The notes: generated from the letters alone by a model not told the origin. 64,000 nt of DNA from Eledone cirrhosa (GCA_964016885.1 OZ024742.1:214954001-215018000), one strand, 5' to 3'; shown: positions 1-13,031, counted from the stretch's first letter. Numbers and translations: made by a program.

Positions 1-84
1 AGCATTTGTAAAGAGCTTTAAAAAATAGTTTAGCAATAGGGGTTTTATAAATATCCAATACTAATAATATAATTAAAGCTACAA

Positions 85-360
85 CTCCACTATCTGGGGG
101 CTTCCAACAGCAATTGTTGCATTCTTTAAGGGTATGTCAATATTTATTTATAAAACTGATCTATATTATATTTTATCTGATGCAAGCACACCGTAATTTA
201 ACTTGGTGTCCTTGAAATATGTATAATGAAATAAATATGGTTTTATAAATATAGTTTCCATTTGTTAATATCGTATTTTTACTCCAAATATTTGTTGAGT
301 GCTTTATATCAATTATAAAAATATTTGCTTGTTGTATTCCAACAATTTAAATAGAACTTT
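85..360 (+). mobile_element. PLE pseudo-LTR (3' end) with hammerhead motif, diverged relative of 52407-52683
   Basis: Shares TATAATGAAATAAATATGGTTTTATAAATATAGTTTCCATTT and downstream blocks with 52541-52683 and 53874-54015; ends at (TA)n/(TG)n. Confidence 0.7.
169..233 (+). ncRNA. Type I hammerhead ribozyme motif (core CUGAUGC variant)
   Basis: Stem I TATTTTAT/ATGAAATA, CTGATGC, stem II AAGcACACC/GGTGTcCTT, GAAA, short near-palindromic stem III TATGTA, cleavage triplet AUA. Confidence 0.6.
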
Positions 361-363
361 TAC

Positions 364-502
<139 letters not shown>

Positions 503-750
503 TGTCAACCGGTTATTATCTAGAACGAACACTCGTACATTCACAATGCAATATCAGGGTAGTTTTATATATTTATCAACACGTGCTTACTACCGTACGG
601 GGACTTTACTACACATAGATAAATATTTGACCTGTCACTTCCAAAAGCATGTCACCTATCTTGAACAGGTTACAATATAATTACTTTTGTTGATGCATCC
701 AAACAAGCTGGCCATAACACTTAATTGTTCTCCTCTCTTATAATTCGGTG

Positions 751-1358
751 TATAACGGCGGCGAAGATTCGAAACCGAATCTGAGCTTTTCCGCCTCTGG
801 GACAAGTCGTGGTTAGTTGTTTACACCTGGCAGAAAAGAGGTCAGAGGATATACCTATCCTTCTAACTTCAATCCTTATAAATACAAGGGTTGTTTACGA
901 CAGGCAGAAAAAGTGATACCATAGACCAGAACGGCCATTTCACCTACGCTGTCAAATCTTCCTTCACGAAAAACATCTGCCCACTAATTTCTCACACGCC
1001 TTTCCCGCCTGGCTGATTGAGTACTACTACTGCTAAAACAAGAAAGTATACTAATACGCACACACGCACACATAGTAAGTTCACACTGTTTTTTTTATTT
1101 CACACGCACCATTTCTGTCTGTCACATTGTATATTTCAGATACAATACAAATAATCGTATTCTGTGATACTTGTATGTACGTGGCTCGAAGAGCCACCAA
1201 ACTATTGTACGAATATTTCATGTTATAGATTTTATCATTCAATATTCAAATTGAATATTGTTATAATAAAATAAACATTGTAACAACACAATCCTGGTAT
1301 TATTCTTTGTATTGAATCCATCATACCAACAATTCTATCTATTCACTTATTCGTTACA
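751..1358 (+). repeat. 5' LTR (608 bp)
   Basis: TATAAC...GTTACA; colinear with 5761-6553 apart from a missing internal repeat block. Confidence 0.93.
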
Positions 1359-1360
1359 AC

Positions 1361-1371
1361 TGGTGACCCCG
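1361..1371 (+). promoter_or_regulatory. Primer binding site complementary to tRNA-Trp 3' end
   Basis: TGGTGACCCCG 2 nt after the LTR; matches the eukaryotic tRNA-Trp terminus (...CGGGGUCACCA), typical of CsRn1-clade elements. Confidence 0.85.
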
Positions 1372-1447
1372 TGAAACATACACACAACCTTCTGATTATT
1401 CACTACAAACGATATCTCTAGCACACGACGATTCATCTACGGCAGAA

Positions 1448-2274
1448 ATGGCAGTCTGGGCGGCGTTTACATTAATAATACCACCATTCTGGGTGCACGA
1501 TCCAACACTGTGGTTCGCGCACATCGAAGCGCAGTTCGCATCGAACCGGATCGTTAGCGAGGCATCCCGTCTCACACATGTCATTGGTTCGATGACTCCG
1601 GAGATTATGAATGAGGTTCGAGACCTGATTTTAGCACTACCCCGCTCTGTGTCATATGACATTTAAAACGACGTTAATTAAGAGGACGTCGGAGTCGCAG
1701 CAGAAGCGCTTGCACCAGCTCCTCATATCGGAGGAATTAGGAAATAGAAAGCCGACGCACTCTCCTATGGCGAATGAAGCAGCTCCTGGGAGAACATAAA
1801 CTCCCGGATGAAATTTTCAAGCCACTCTTCATCCAGCGTTTGCCTTTTGCCACACAAGTTGTCTTAGCCTTCACCAGGGAGTCCACTTCCATTGAATAAC
1901 TCGCCGAGCTGGCAGATAAGATCATGTAGGTGCCACATTCGCACTCAACTTTAGCGAATGTGACGACAGTCGTGCCTTCCACCAACCTTTCCCTCAGCTC
2001 TCCAGTGCAACAGAGATGCCCGATTTACACCAGTTACTGACACAGCAAGCAACATAGATACAGGCCTTGACGCAACAATTTAAGGCCTTGTCACTGGGTA
2101 ACCCTGCCACGCGTCGGTCTAACAGTCGAACTCGCCGAGTTGGTGGTCGCTCAAGAAGTCCGAACGCATCCCGTGATTCACCAGAAATGAGTTGGTACCA
2201 CCTAAAATTCGGAAGACGGGCGCGAACATGCAGCCCTCTCTGTTCATATTGTGTCGATGTCGAATCAGGGAAAC
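1448..2274 (+). pseudogene. gag: Gypsy gag, disrupted
   Basis: PPFWVHDPTLWFAHIEAQF motif; degenerate CHCC knuckle SWYHLKFGRRARTCSPLC; GGGAAAC slippery site at 2268-2274; stops and frameshifts. Confidence 0.88.
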
Positions 2275-5200
2275 GACACAGCCAGAAACTGAATGCGACG
2301 GACGTTTCTGGCCCTCATAATCAAAGTCGCCTGTTTTTCATTCAGGATCGCGTCACAGGCACGCGTTTCCTGGTCGACACCGGTGCTGAAGTCAGCATCA
2401 TCCCGGTTTCCTGCGTTCCTGGAAAAAGGAAAGAAACACCAGTATGGCTCAATGCGGTGAATCATTCTCATATTCCGACCTACGGAGAGCAGTCTCTGAC
2501 ACTAAATTTAGGGCTACGCCGCACTTTACCGTGGGTATTCGTGGTGGCTAAGCTCTATTTTAGCAGCTGATTTTCTTCAGCATTTCTCACTGCTAGTGGA
2601 CCTGAAAAACGAACGACTCGTTGACAATTCCACTGGTCTCGCTGTGCGCGGCATAGCCGCTCAGAGAGTCACAGTCAGTCCAGTCATTTCACGATCGGCA
2701 ACAATAACCCGGCGCAACCATATGATCAACAAATACCCAGACGTAGCTCGACCAGTATTGAACGCCTGCCCTGTAAAACATGACGTCACCCACAACATAA
2801 AAGCACACGGCCCAACTGACGCTGCACAACCTAGAAGGCTACCACCAGACCGTCTGAAGTCCGTCAAACAAGAATTTCAACACATGCTGGATCTCGGCAC
2901 CATACGTCCGTCCAGCAGCAACTGGTCCTCACCCATACATAATGTACCCAAGAGGTCGTCGAGCGACTGGCGAATCTGTGGCGACTATCGTGCACTGAAC
3001 AACTGCACCGTGCCTGGCTCTTATCCAGTGCCTCATCTACAGGACGTCTCTAGTTCGCTGCACGGAGCTCGCATATTTTCGAAGATCGATCTTGTGCGAG
3101 CTTACAATTAGATACCTGTAGAGCCCGCTGATATTCCTAAGACCACCGTCACAATACTCTTTGGAATGTTCGAATTCCTGCGTATGCCTTTCGGTTTGCG
3201 TAATGCAGCGCAGACATTCCAACGATTCATCAATACAGTCACCAGAGCTCTACCTTTTGTATACGCATACATCGACGACTTACTGGTGGCCAGCGGCTCC
3301 AATGAAGAACATGAGAGTCACCTCACCTGCTATTCGCACGTTTGCGTGAATACGGAATTGTTATGAACCCCAGAAAATGTGAGTTTGAAGTTGCGCCCCT
3401 TAATTTTCTGGGACACATCATTGATGAAGATAGCATTCGCCCACTTAAGGAGAAGGTCACATCCATCATTGATTTTCCACAGCCCACATCTCTCCACAAA
3501 CTGCGAGAATGTCTTGGTATACAGAAGATTTATACCCCACTGTGCAGAGACAGCCCAACCGCTCACAGATTTGCTGCGGCAGCGTACAACCAAAAACGCA
3601 AGTATCAATCTCAGCTAAAAAGAATGTACCGCTTTCGCTGAGTTGAAGAAAATGTTGTCCGAGGCTACAATGCTGAGTTACCCCAAACCTGACGTTCCAG
3701 TGTGTTTATTGACTGATGCATCCGATTTCGGAGTTGGATGTGTGCTTCATCAACTCTCTGGCGATATTTGGCGACCTGTATCTTTTTTCTCTAAGCGATT
3801 AAAACCAGCCGAAACTAATTACAGCACGTTCCATCGTGAATTATTGGCAGCATACTTTGCTGTCAAGTATTTTCGACACATGCTAGAAGGTCGTGTGTTC
3901 TCCATATACACCCACCACAAACCACTAGTGTACGCGATCAACGCCAAGCCTGATCGCCACTCACCCAGGGAGGTCCGAGATATGGACTTCATTTCTCAGT
4001 ACACTACTGATATTCGGTACATTAAGGGTGCCACCAACTCAGCAGCTGATGCCCTGTTGCGCATGGAGCTTAACGCAATCCACGCCACTGCCACTATTGA
4101 CCTCCAGAAGATTGCAGCAGGTCAACAGGATAACGAGGAACTGCTGCAGCTCCGGAAATCATCCTTGAAATTGCAGGAATGCCCGCTGCCCTCTTCTTCG
4201 GGTTATATTTATTGCTACATTTCCATAGGCCACGAGCGCCCACACGTGCCCCGGAAATATCGATGCGACGTTTTTTCAGCACTGCATTCTCTGACACATC
4301 CTGGCGTCCGTGCCACGCAGAAACTGATGGTTGCCCGCTTTGTGTGGTTCAACATCAACAAGGACACTCGCGAAGGGGCTAGGAATTTTATCGCGTGCCA
4401 GAAGGCGAAAATTCACTGGCACACCAAAGCTCCGATCGATTCTTTCGCAACACCTGATGCACGGTTCCAACATGTGCACATAGACATCGTTGGACTTTGC
4501 CTCCTTCTCAAAACTACACTCATCTTGTCACCTGTGTCGACCGATTTTCTCGCTGGCCAGAAGCTTTTCCCCTGGCGGATATTACCGCGGAAACTGTCGC
4601 CAAAACGCTAGTGTTTCACTGGGTTTCGCGTTTCGGCACACCCGCAACCATCACTACGGATTGAGGACGTCAGTTCGATTTGCACCTCTTTAGCGAGCTG
4701 ACTCGTCTCCTCGGGTCTAAACACATCCGTACAACGGCGTATCACCCAGCATCTAACGGCATGGTAGAACGTTCCACCGTCAGCTAAAAGCAGCCACCAA
4801 GGCTTACGCAGACTCCACTAACTGGTTCGAATACCTTCCACTCATTCTTCTCGGTATTCGTTCCATTGTTAAGGAGGGAGTCGGACATTCTCCGACTGAA
4901 ATGGTTTATGGCACGATACTCGCTCTACCCGGGCAAATGATCGCTCCTGTTTCGCCACAAGAACTTCCAGACCCAACAAAATATGTTCACCGTTTACGGT
5001 CATTGCTGTCGCATCTGTCGCCTTCAGCCCTAAACAACAGCACTTTACTTCACACATACCAAAAGACATCGATACATGGACGCCTGTTTTTGTTAGAAAT
5101 GACGGTATTCCATCGCAACTTCGTCCGCCGTATTCCTGGCCCTATACGGTGTTACAGGAACGCCCAAAGTATTTCGTCCGCGACTTGAACGGGAAACAAA

Positions 5201-5370
5201 ATACCGTCTCCATTGACCGTTTATAAAAGGCGTTCATGGAATAGTATTTGCCACCAATACCCAGCGTTTCTCCAGCAGACTCACCAATAACTTTGCCCAA
5301 CACAAACACGACAAATTCTGCACAATCCTGACACACCAAATCTGGAAGAGCAGTTCGATGGCCCACGCGA
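2268..5370 (+). pseudogene. pol: Gypsy pol (protease, RT, RNase H, integrase), frameshifted
   Basis: FLVDTGAEVS (PR); WRICGDYRALN, MPFGLRNAAQTFQR, AYIDDLLV (RT); TDASDFGVG, RELLAAY (RH); HSLTHPG, VHIDIVG (IN); GPY module near 5140. Confidence 0.95.
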
Positions 5371-5760
5371 GACGTACAAGTTTATCGGGTTAGTTCAAAT
5401 TATGCATCTGGTCAACATTTCGGCTAATTTGTACATTTCAACGAATCCGCCAATTTCTGTAGTCATGAACTATTGCTACACACAAATCAATTGACTCTGT
5501 GCATCATACACATCAAAAGAACAGACAAAAGAACATTTTTCCATTTCTATGAAATGAATGAACATTTTCAATATTATGTAACATCACAGTACATTTTCCT
5601 GCATGTAAATTTGTTTTGCTTTGCAATTTATTTTTCATTTCGCCTGTTAATGTATTTTTTTTTCTGATTTTCTTCAACAACACACCTAGTGGATACCTAT
5701 CTTAATTTCACGTACACCGAGATCGTTCAATCTTTAGCTTTCTCACTGGAAGAGTGGTAC

Positions 5761-6553
5761 TATAACGACGGCGAAGATTCGAAACCGAATCTGAGCTTTC
5801 CTGCCGCTGGGACAAGCCGTGGTTAGCTGTTTACGCCCGGCAGACCAACCCCTTGGGAGATGCTAAACACAGGTCAGAGGTTGTTTACACCTGGCAGAAA
5901 AGAGTTCAGATGATATATCCATCCTTCTAACTTCAGCCGTTGTAAATACAAGGGTTGTTTACGCCCTGCAAACCAACCCCTTAGGAGATGTTAACCACAG
6001 GTCAGAGGTTGTTTATACCTGGCAGAAAAGAGGACAGAGGATATATCTATCCTTCTAACTTCAAGCCTTATAAATACAAGGGTTGTTTAAGCCCGGCTGA
6101 AAAAGTGCTACCGCAGTCAAGAAAGGACATTTCACCTACGCTGTCAAATCTTCCTTTACGAAAAACATTTGTCCACTAATTTCTCACAAGCCTTTCCCGC
6201 CTGGCTGATTGAGTACTACTACTGCTAAAACAAGAAAGTATACTAATACGCACACACGCACACATAGTAAGATCACACTGTTTTCATTTCACACGCACCA
6301 TTTCTGTCTCTCACATTGTATCTTTCAGATACAATACAAATTATATTATAATTGTATTATGCGATACTTGTATTTACGTTGCTCGAAGAGCCACCAAATT
6401 ATCGTACGAATATTTCATGTTATAGATTTTATCATTCAATATTCAAATTGGATATTGTTATATAAAATAAACATTGTAACAACACAATCCTGGTATTATT
6501 CTTTGCATTGAAACCATCATACAACAATTCCATCTATTCACTTATTCGTTACA
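5761..6553 (+). repeat. 3' LTR (793 bp) with two internal ~120-bp tandem units
   Basis: Same termini as the 5' LTR; ACCAACCCCTT...AAATACAAGGGTTGTTTA present twice (about 5844 and 5972). Confidence 0.93.
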
Positions 6554-7032
6554 GGTGTGAGTAAAACATTTTGATGGATGAAAGTAATAAATTTAATGCT
6601 CTTATTTAAATCTCCTTTTCAATATACGACTATATACGCGCTGTTATTTCAAATATGCCTCACCACTTTATAGGAATATGTCTTTACACTTCGCAAATTT
6701 TCCCCTAGTGCTTATATTAATGCGCTATTCTTACACAAATCTCTTGAGCAATATTCTTACATCTGTTTTGTTCAAGTTTCGATCCTTGTTTATATCTTTT
6801 CGTATTTCTTTATATATATTCCGCTGGTAGTATTAAGTAATTCAACCCATGTGTCTCATTCTGAATGAAACGGCGATTTATGCCTGAGTACAGTTTACAT
6901 TAATCCCTAGTTGATTGACTTATTAAATGTTTGATTCCATGTATGGCATTGCTTTTATCTCCATAGAAACAATTGTTGAAATTAAAGACTGATTTTCATT
7001 TTGTATTCAGTATATATATAGATATATATATA

Positions 7033-7225
7033 GTAATAATAATGAATTTGAAGACTAAAATCCAAAGAGGGCTCGATAAGGAAAAATATATATCAGATAT
7101 ATAAGAACCGTAGAGCAAATATTTATTAAAATAACAGATTAAAGTTTAAGCAAAGAATCGCTGAGTTTCAGAAGATTCGGTTAAGGGTTAAAGCAGCGAT
7201 TCTTTGCTTAAACTTTAATCTGTTA

Positions 7226-7233
<8 letters not shown>
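7033..7233 (-). mobile_element. Miniature PLE pLTR insertion with 40-bp fold-back, same family as 17332-17721
   Basis: 7033-7163 matches 17332-17463; perfect inverted arms 7124-7163/7194-7233; flanked by (TA)n. Confidence 0.8.
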
Positions 7234-7278
<45 letters not shown>

Positions 7279-7369
7279 CCAAGAAAATGTGGTAAGGAAC
7301 CAGATGGACCATAACGCACCAAAGTATTCAATACTTAGGGTAGTAGAGTGGGTAATAGGAACAAGAAGG

Positions 7370-7465
7370 ACCCCGACGGCTGAGCTCCAGCCGTTTCGAC
7401 GGCTAATTCTGGACTAAATAAAAATGTTTAGCCTCGTAAGTGAATAGCCGAACTTCTCAGGGGGT
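7370..7465 (-). ncRNA. Type I hammerhead motif with non-canonical CUGAGAA core
   Basis: Minus strand: ACCCC-CTGAGAA-long stem II (CGGCTA/TAGCCG)-GAAA-CGGCTG gagct CAGCCG-TC-GGGGT; triplet GUC. Confidence 0.7.
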
Positions 7466-8720
7466 AATTCCATATATGGTAAAAGTGATTGTCATAAGGA
7501 TTGGTCAAAAGATTGTTGTTAAGACATATGATTCTATAATGGCATTTTGTGGAAGGTAGGGATGGCTGAACTTGCCAGTAGAAGAAAGAGGGAGAGGGAG
7601 TGGAGGAAACCGAGTCAAGCGTTGAAAGTGAAAAATACAGCAGATTCTAAGGACAGTGTATAGAAGGTCGAAAAAAGTATACTAGAGAAGGGGAGGGGGT
7701 GGGGGAGTTGAAACAATAAGTAAATCTAAAGGGAGTAAACAAGAAAGCCATTATAAAAATGAGGAAATATATAAAAAATATATAAAAAATTTGAAAAACA
7801 ATTTCTGGTTACTACTCCCCTTCAACAATCATCAACTCTCTCACTGGTACTGCTAAGCTATAGAAAAGTTTAATAGCTGGGAAGGAATACTAAATACGAG
7901 ATTATAGTGAAAAAATGTTATGAGGTCATCATTACAGGGTTTCTACCACCACTACGATAGTTAGTAGTAATCAGCAAATGTTATCTTACAATGACAGGTC
8001 AACAGGTTGAGGACCTACATACTAAAAAAACTAAAACTAAATATTAATTCAGAAACCCGAAACTAATACGAAATATTAATTCAGAATCCCGAAACATGAA
8101 TACTAATACAATATATATGAGTAGTGCTACAATACATACATTCTAATACAATATACATAAATACTCATACAATATATATAAAAAAACTAATACAATATAT
8201 ATAAATACTGCTACAATACATAAATTCTAATACAATCTACCTAGATAGTCGTACAATATATATGAAAAACTAATACGAAATACTAATTCAGAATCCCCCC
8301 CCCCCCCCCAAAAAAAAAAAATAAATACTAATATACGAGAAACTAAAGCAGAGATACCACTAACAAATCTAGATGTCACGGAAATGGGGCAGCAAACCAG
8401 AGAAGAAAGCAAGTATCTGGGGACTAGCACGTCTGCTAAAAAAGCGGAATCGGCCAATTCTATCATAACATAAGCGGGGCTGAGGATACTGAGGCTACAG
8501 AGGACCGAAGTGCTGCATCGGGGTGGGCAAGAAGGTGAAAAGAACGACGATAAAGAAGGAGATCTGGGGTGGAACGACTAGGAAGGGATGGGGGGAAGAA
8601 GGAAATATAGAGGAAATGATAAAAAATATATAAAAAAGAATATATAAAATAGTTACGTCTACCTTTGTAAGCAGGGGTTACCCCTTACAAAGTCGGCAAG
8701 TGGAGTGTTTCAGCCCTTGT

Positions 8721-10834
8721 CTACCCCTCCAGGTCATTATGGGGCTTGAGGGCGAGGTAATTCCTACGCAATCTTTGTTGGCATGCAGTTACCAGTTCGT
8801 CTTTCTTGTTTAGGAGCTGGTCCGTCGAAAACAGCATTTATAATGTTTCCTCCGAGCATAAGTTACACGGAACGCGTCCTCCCGTGTAAGAGTTGACTCT
8901 GGAGAGTAAGCTCGAAGTGAGATTGTAGGTTATATTATTACCTTTGAGGTCCCAGATGTGGCCCGAATGTGTAGTGGCGTGACGTCGGGCCGGGTTTCGG
9001 AAAGTGTGTCTGTGTTGGTAGAGCCGGGTCTTGAAGTCACAAGCGGTTAATCCTATATAAGCTTTGTTGGAGGTGTCCGTCCTCACGTTGCAATGGTAGA
9101 TTACATTACGATCTCTGCATCTGTTGTCGAGGGGCAAAGGGATCCATCAGGACAGTTACACCTCCTGGTCGGCTCTCCACTGCTATCTAGGTTATTTCTT
9201 CCATAGGGGTTGAATTTGTTGTTGTTAGAGGAGACGATGTTTTGTGCAATGTTAGGTGTGGTGCTGTAGGAGAGTTTGATGGTATTTTTGTTGATTATGT
9301 TGTGGTAGCGGTGTTGTAGTGGGAAGGGTTTTTCGATGAGCCTAAAGAAGATTTCTCCCGATAGGCGTTGTCACCTTGGCATTGTGGGGAGCATTGAACC
9401 ACGATACGTTGCTTGAGCGGCGGTGTCGCTTGCTGGTTCCGCCAATGGAAGCTGGATAATATCATATTTACTCCCGGAAGCCACTCCGCGTGAGGGCCTG
9501 ATTGTAATAAGGCGCATGTTCCTCGAATATCTTCTCATTAGCGGACAAACGAGATAAGCGGAGGGAGATGTTTTTAACCAGGTTATTGGTGATGTTTCTA
9601 GGATCGTTCCGCCGGCGATGGATGTAGTGCAGGTTGTCGTTTGGTTTCCTGTATGGGTAGTACAGCTCGTTATCGAGGTTAAGGGTTACCTCCAGGAAGT
9701 TTACTCAGGTTAGGGACGTTTGTAGGGTTATTTTAAATCCCCAGTCGCGACGGACCCGGTCTGTACTACTGGGGTTGTACACTTTGAGAGTAAGGAGCCC
9801 ATCATCACGGTACAATGCACCGCCGAATGCAGAAAACATATCGGTGAGTTTAAATAGTAGGAATAATCCTATAAGATCTGTGATCTCAGCCGTATCATTC
9901 GCGCCCATACTGACGTCGAAGGAGGAGTCAGGAGCTCTCTTTATCCATTTGGAGTTGTCGAAAAGTAGGACTGTCTTCCTGGCGTGGAGGATGATATTTC
10001 TTTCCTGGTCAGTGATGGGCGCGAGTGTCTCGGCAAAGTCCAAGGCGGCCGTAAGGAGCGGTAATGTAATTGAAGCATAGTAACTCTCTATGTCAAACTG
10101 GATGAATTTTGTCTCTCGTTTGTCCTCCATATTGCTGAACCATGAGATTACTTCCTGGGTGTTGACCCATAGGCTAAGTCTGGCGTTTTGCTTAACTTTT
10201 GGTATAACGCGGTCTAGGATTTTTTTGTTGATCTCCCTATGTCGGACTTCGTTGGGTTTATAAACCTGATAGATGGTTTACGGTCAAAGTCGGATGTTTG
10301 GTCCTTCAGTGTGAAGTAGGCAGTCCGTGGGTCTAGGGGTTCAGTGCGGTCGGCGATCCCGAGGCTGGAGGTAATTTGTTGTCTATCTCGATTTATGTCC
10401 TCGATGCTCGAGGTGGAGTTTAGGCTGCTCCTGATCAGTGTGTGGTATCTGTCGGGGTTGACGAAGTAGAGGTTACCAGTTTTATCCGAGTGCACCATGA
10501 TGTCGTTGGTGTTTTCATACTCTGTTAAATTGCTACGGAGTTTTTGTAGGAATCTGTTGTGTCTGGGTTTGAATTTAATGCTCTTGACCAGTTTGAAAAG
10601 GTCATTCTCGAAGGGTGAGAGCATAGGGTTCGGAGGGGGAAATTTGTAGGTATTAAATCCAAATCTCTCCTTGGTATCGAAGTCCTGATTGTCGCAATAA
10701 CTGTCGTAGAAAAAAGTTCTCCATCTTAGTCTTTTCGCAAAGTGGTCGATTTTTTGCGTGAACATCCGAAGGTAGAGTTCTCTCGGTGGGACTGGGATGT
10801 TCTTGGTGGAGAAGTTTGATGTTGTGTTTTCCAA
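8721..10834 (-). pseudogene. PLE polyprotein: N-terminal domain, RT, Cys linker, GIY-YIG endonuclease
   Basis: FSTKNIPVP...KRLRWRTFFY; SDKTGNLY; QFDIESYYASI; LYRDDGL; CNCPDGSLCP-DNRC; VIY...YIGLT; CNLCSEE; several frameshifts and stops. Confidence 0.93.
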
Positions 10835-11051
10835 TGGTGCGGGTGAATGAACTTGAGCTTAGCGGAAAAGTCTGGATAAGGCGTGGTAGGGTCGGAAACT
10901 GCTCTACTACGGGAATAGGAGCTAGATAACGAAGGAAATGTGGTAATGAACCAGATGGACCATTCCGCAAAATGCCATGATAGAATCATATGTTTTAACA
11001 ACAAACTTTTGACTAATCCTTGTGACAATCACTTTTACCATATATGGAATT

Positions 11052-11147
11052 ACCCTCTGAGAAGTTCGGCTATTCACTTACCAGGCCAAATATTTTTATT
11101 TAGTCCAGAATTAACCGTCAAAACGGCTTGAGCTCAGCCGTCGGGGT
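11052..11147 (+). ncRNA. Hammerhead copy in the inverted pLTR (GAAA mutated to AAAA)
   Basis: Reverse-complement homologue of 7370-7465 with the same CTGAGAA core. Confidence 0.6.
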
Positions 11148-11160
11148 CCTACGTGTTCCT

Positions 11161-11203
<43 letters not shown>

Positions 11204-11600
11204 ATGATCTAAATGGATTATGATCTTTGTTTATTACTTATCTAGCTAAATTATATTTATGAAAGTATTAATCTAACTGAACCAAATATTTAACATGATG
11301 CATCGAATGGAAATTATATTGTATTTTCAAAGCTGCTTTTGTAAGGCATGATTAGAATTATATAAAAAATAGAATCATGTCGTTGATTCGTCAGTAAATA
11401 TGCATATTTCTTAAAACAACTTGCATTTCTTGAACATACGAATGCCTTTTTAAGATTTAAAATTTGAAAACGAAATAGATAGACATTCTGATTTCGATTC
11501 ATTTACCTCAATATTACAGTTACATAATAATAATGATAATAATAATAATAATAATATCTCTCTCTATATATATATATCAGTATATATGTATATCTATATA

Positions 11601-12473
11601 CGAGGTGTGTCAGAAAAGTTCCAGGACTGTGTCACAAAAGGTTTATTTCAAACCCAAACTTCATACTAAGAGTTTTCTCCTTCAAAGTAATCCCCCTGGA
11701 GTATGTAACTGTAATCTTAGCTCTCTGCATTGATCAAACTTTTTTCTCCATAATTTTATATACATGTCCTCTGTTTCAGGTCATCAAGCAATGAGCACAG
11801 AGCAACGAACAAACTTAAAGTTTCTGGTACGGTTGCCTTGGGATTGCTGCAGCAAGTGTATGGAGATGAGCCGATGTCACGCTCACGTGTTTTTGAGTCG
11901 TGCAAAACGACCACAGGAGCGGAAGGCCCTCAACAACCATGACTGAGGTCAACGTTGAGCGCGTCAGGCAGATGGTGTGTAGCGATCGTCAGCTGACTGT
12001 TCGACTGATGGCAAATGAGCTGAGCCTGAATCGGGACAGTGTCTGGAAGATTCTTATTGAAGATTTGGACATGCGGAAAAATCTGCGCGAAGATGCTGCC
12101 AAAACTGCTGAACGATGACCAGACGGGTCGACGCATGCACGTGTGCCAGGACATCCTCGAGCGTCTTGAAACCGAACCAGACTTGCTAGGGACAGTCATC
12201 ACCGGTGATGAGTCATAGATCTTCGAGCACGACCCGGAGGGGACGCGTTTTGAAGACGTGGACGATATCAAAAAGGCCGGGACGCCGCAACTGCGGAAGA
12301 TCCCGGAAGAATCCTTCCAGGAGTGCATGCAGGCGTGGCAGAAAAGGATGGAAAAATGCATTAGATTCCAGGGGGGGAGGGGTTACTTTGAAGGAGAAAA
12401 CGCTTAGTGTGAAGTTTGGGTTTGAAATAAATATTTTGTGACATCAGTCCTGGAACTTTTCTGACACACCTCG
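11601..12473 (+). mobile_element. Internally deleted mariner (Tc1/mariner) transposon
   Basis: 29-bp perfect TIRs CGAGGTGTGTCAGAAAAGTTCCAGGACTG; TA TSD; transposase remnants MSTEQRTNLKFLVRL, RSGRPST, TGDES, then a jump to GTRFEDVDDIK (rest of DD34D missing). Confidence 0.93.
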
Positions 12474-12479
12474 TATATA

Positions 12480-12527
<48 letters not shown>

Positions 12528-12566
12528 TGTGTGTGTGTGTGTGTGTATGTGTGTGTGTGTGTGTGT

Positions 12567-12760
12567 GAATGAAGTAATTCCGTCGTAAAGATCCAGGAAA
12601 AAAGAGTGCTCAATGTAGGTTACAGGGCCTATTAGTTATGTAATAAACAACATAAGATAATTATTTCATTTACCAGTGGTTTCTTGAAAGCAAACAAAAT
12701 TTGTGTATTTATTGACAGTGGATTTTAACACCAAAAATATAATCTATATGAAAGTGAGGC
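12567..12760 (-). mobile_element. Degenerate PLE pLTR-like 3' end
   Basis: Minus strand GAAA-CCACTGG-TA-AATGAAATAA hammerhead half; TTGAGCACT motif about 38 nt from the end; abuts a microsatellite. Confidence 0.4.
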
Positions 12761-12956
12761 TGGAAAAGGAAGAAGGAAAGGAAAAAGAATAAATATAAAA
12801 GTAGAAAAACACACATGCACACACACACACACACACACACACATACATACACACATACATATATATATATATATATACATACACACATATATACACATGC
12901 GTATATATATATATATATATATCCATACATACACATAAATACACAAACACACGCAC

Positions 12957-13031
<75 letters not shown>

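Larger units (their letters stand above)
751..6553 (+). mobile_element. Full-length decayed Ty3/Gypsy LTR retrotransposon, CsRn1-like
   Basis: Paired LTRs 751-1358 and 5761-6553; 4-bp TSD GGTG at 747-750 and 6554-6557; PBS at 1361; purine-rich tract before 5761; domain order gag-PR-RT-RH-IN. Confidence 0.95.
7277..11161 (-). mobile_element. Near full-length Penelope-like element (Naiad type) in (TA)n
   Basis: 3' pLTR ~7277-7555; disrupted ORF; partial direct pLTR 10928-10963 plus inverted pLTR 10964-11161; (TA)n on both flanks. Confidence 0.92.

Noticed and set aside
8030-8340. CRISPR-like spaced repeats
   Set aside because: Irregular degenerate repeats in a PLE 3' UTR; eukaryotic context and no cas genes.
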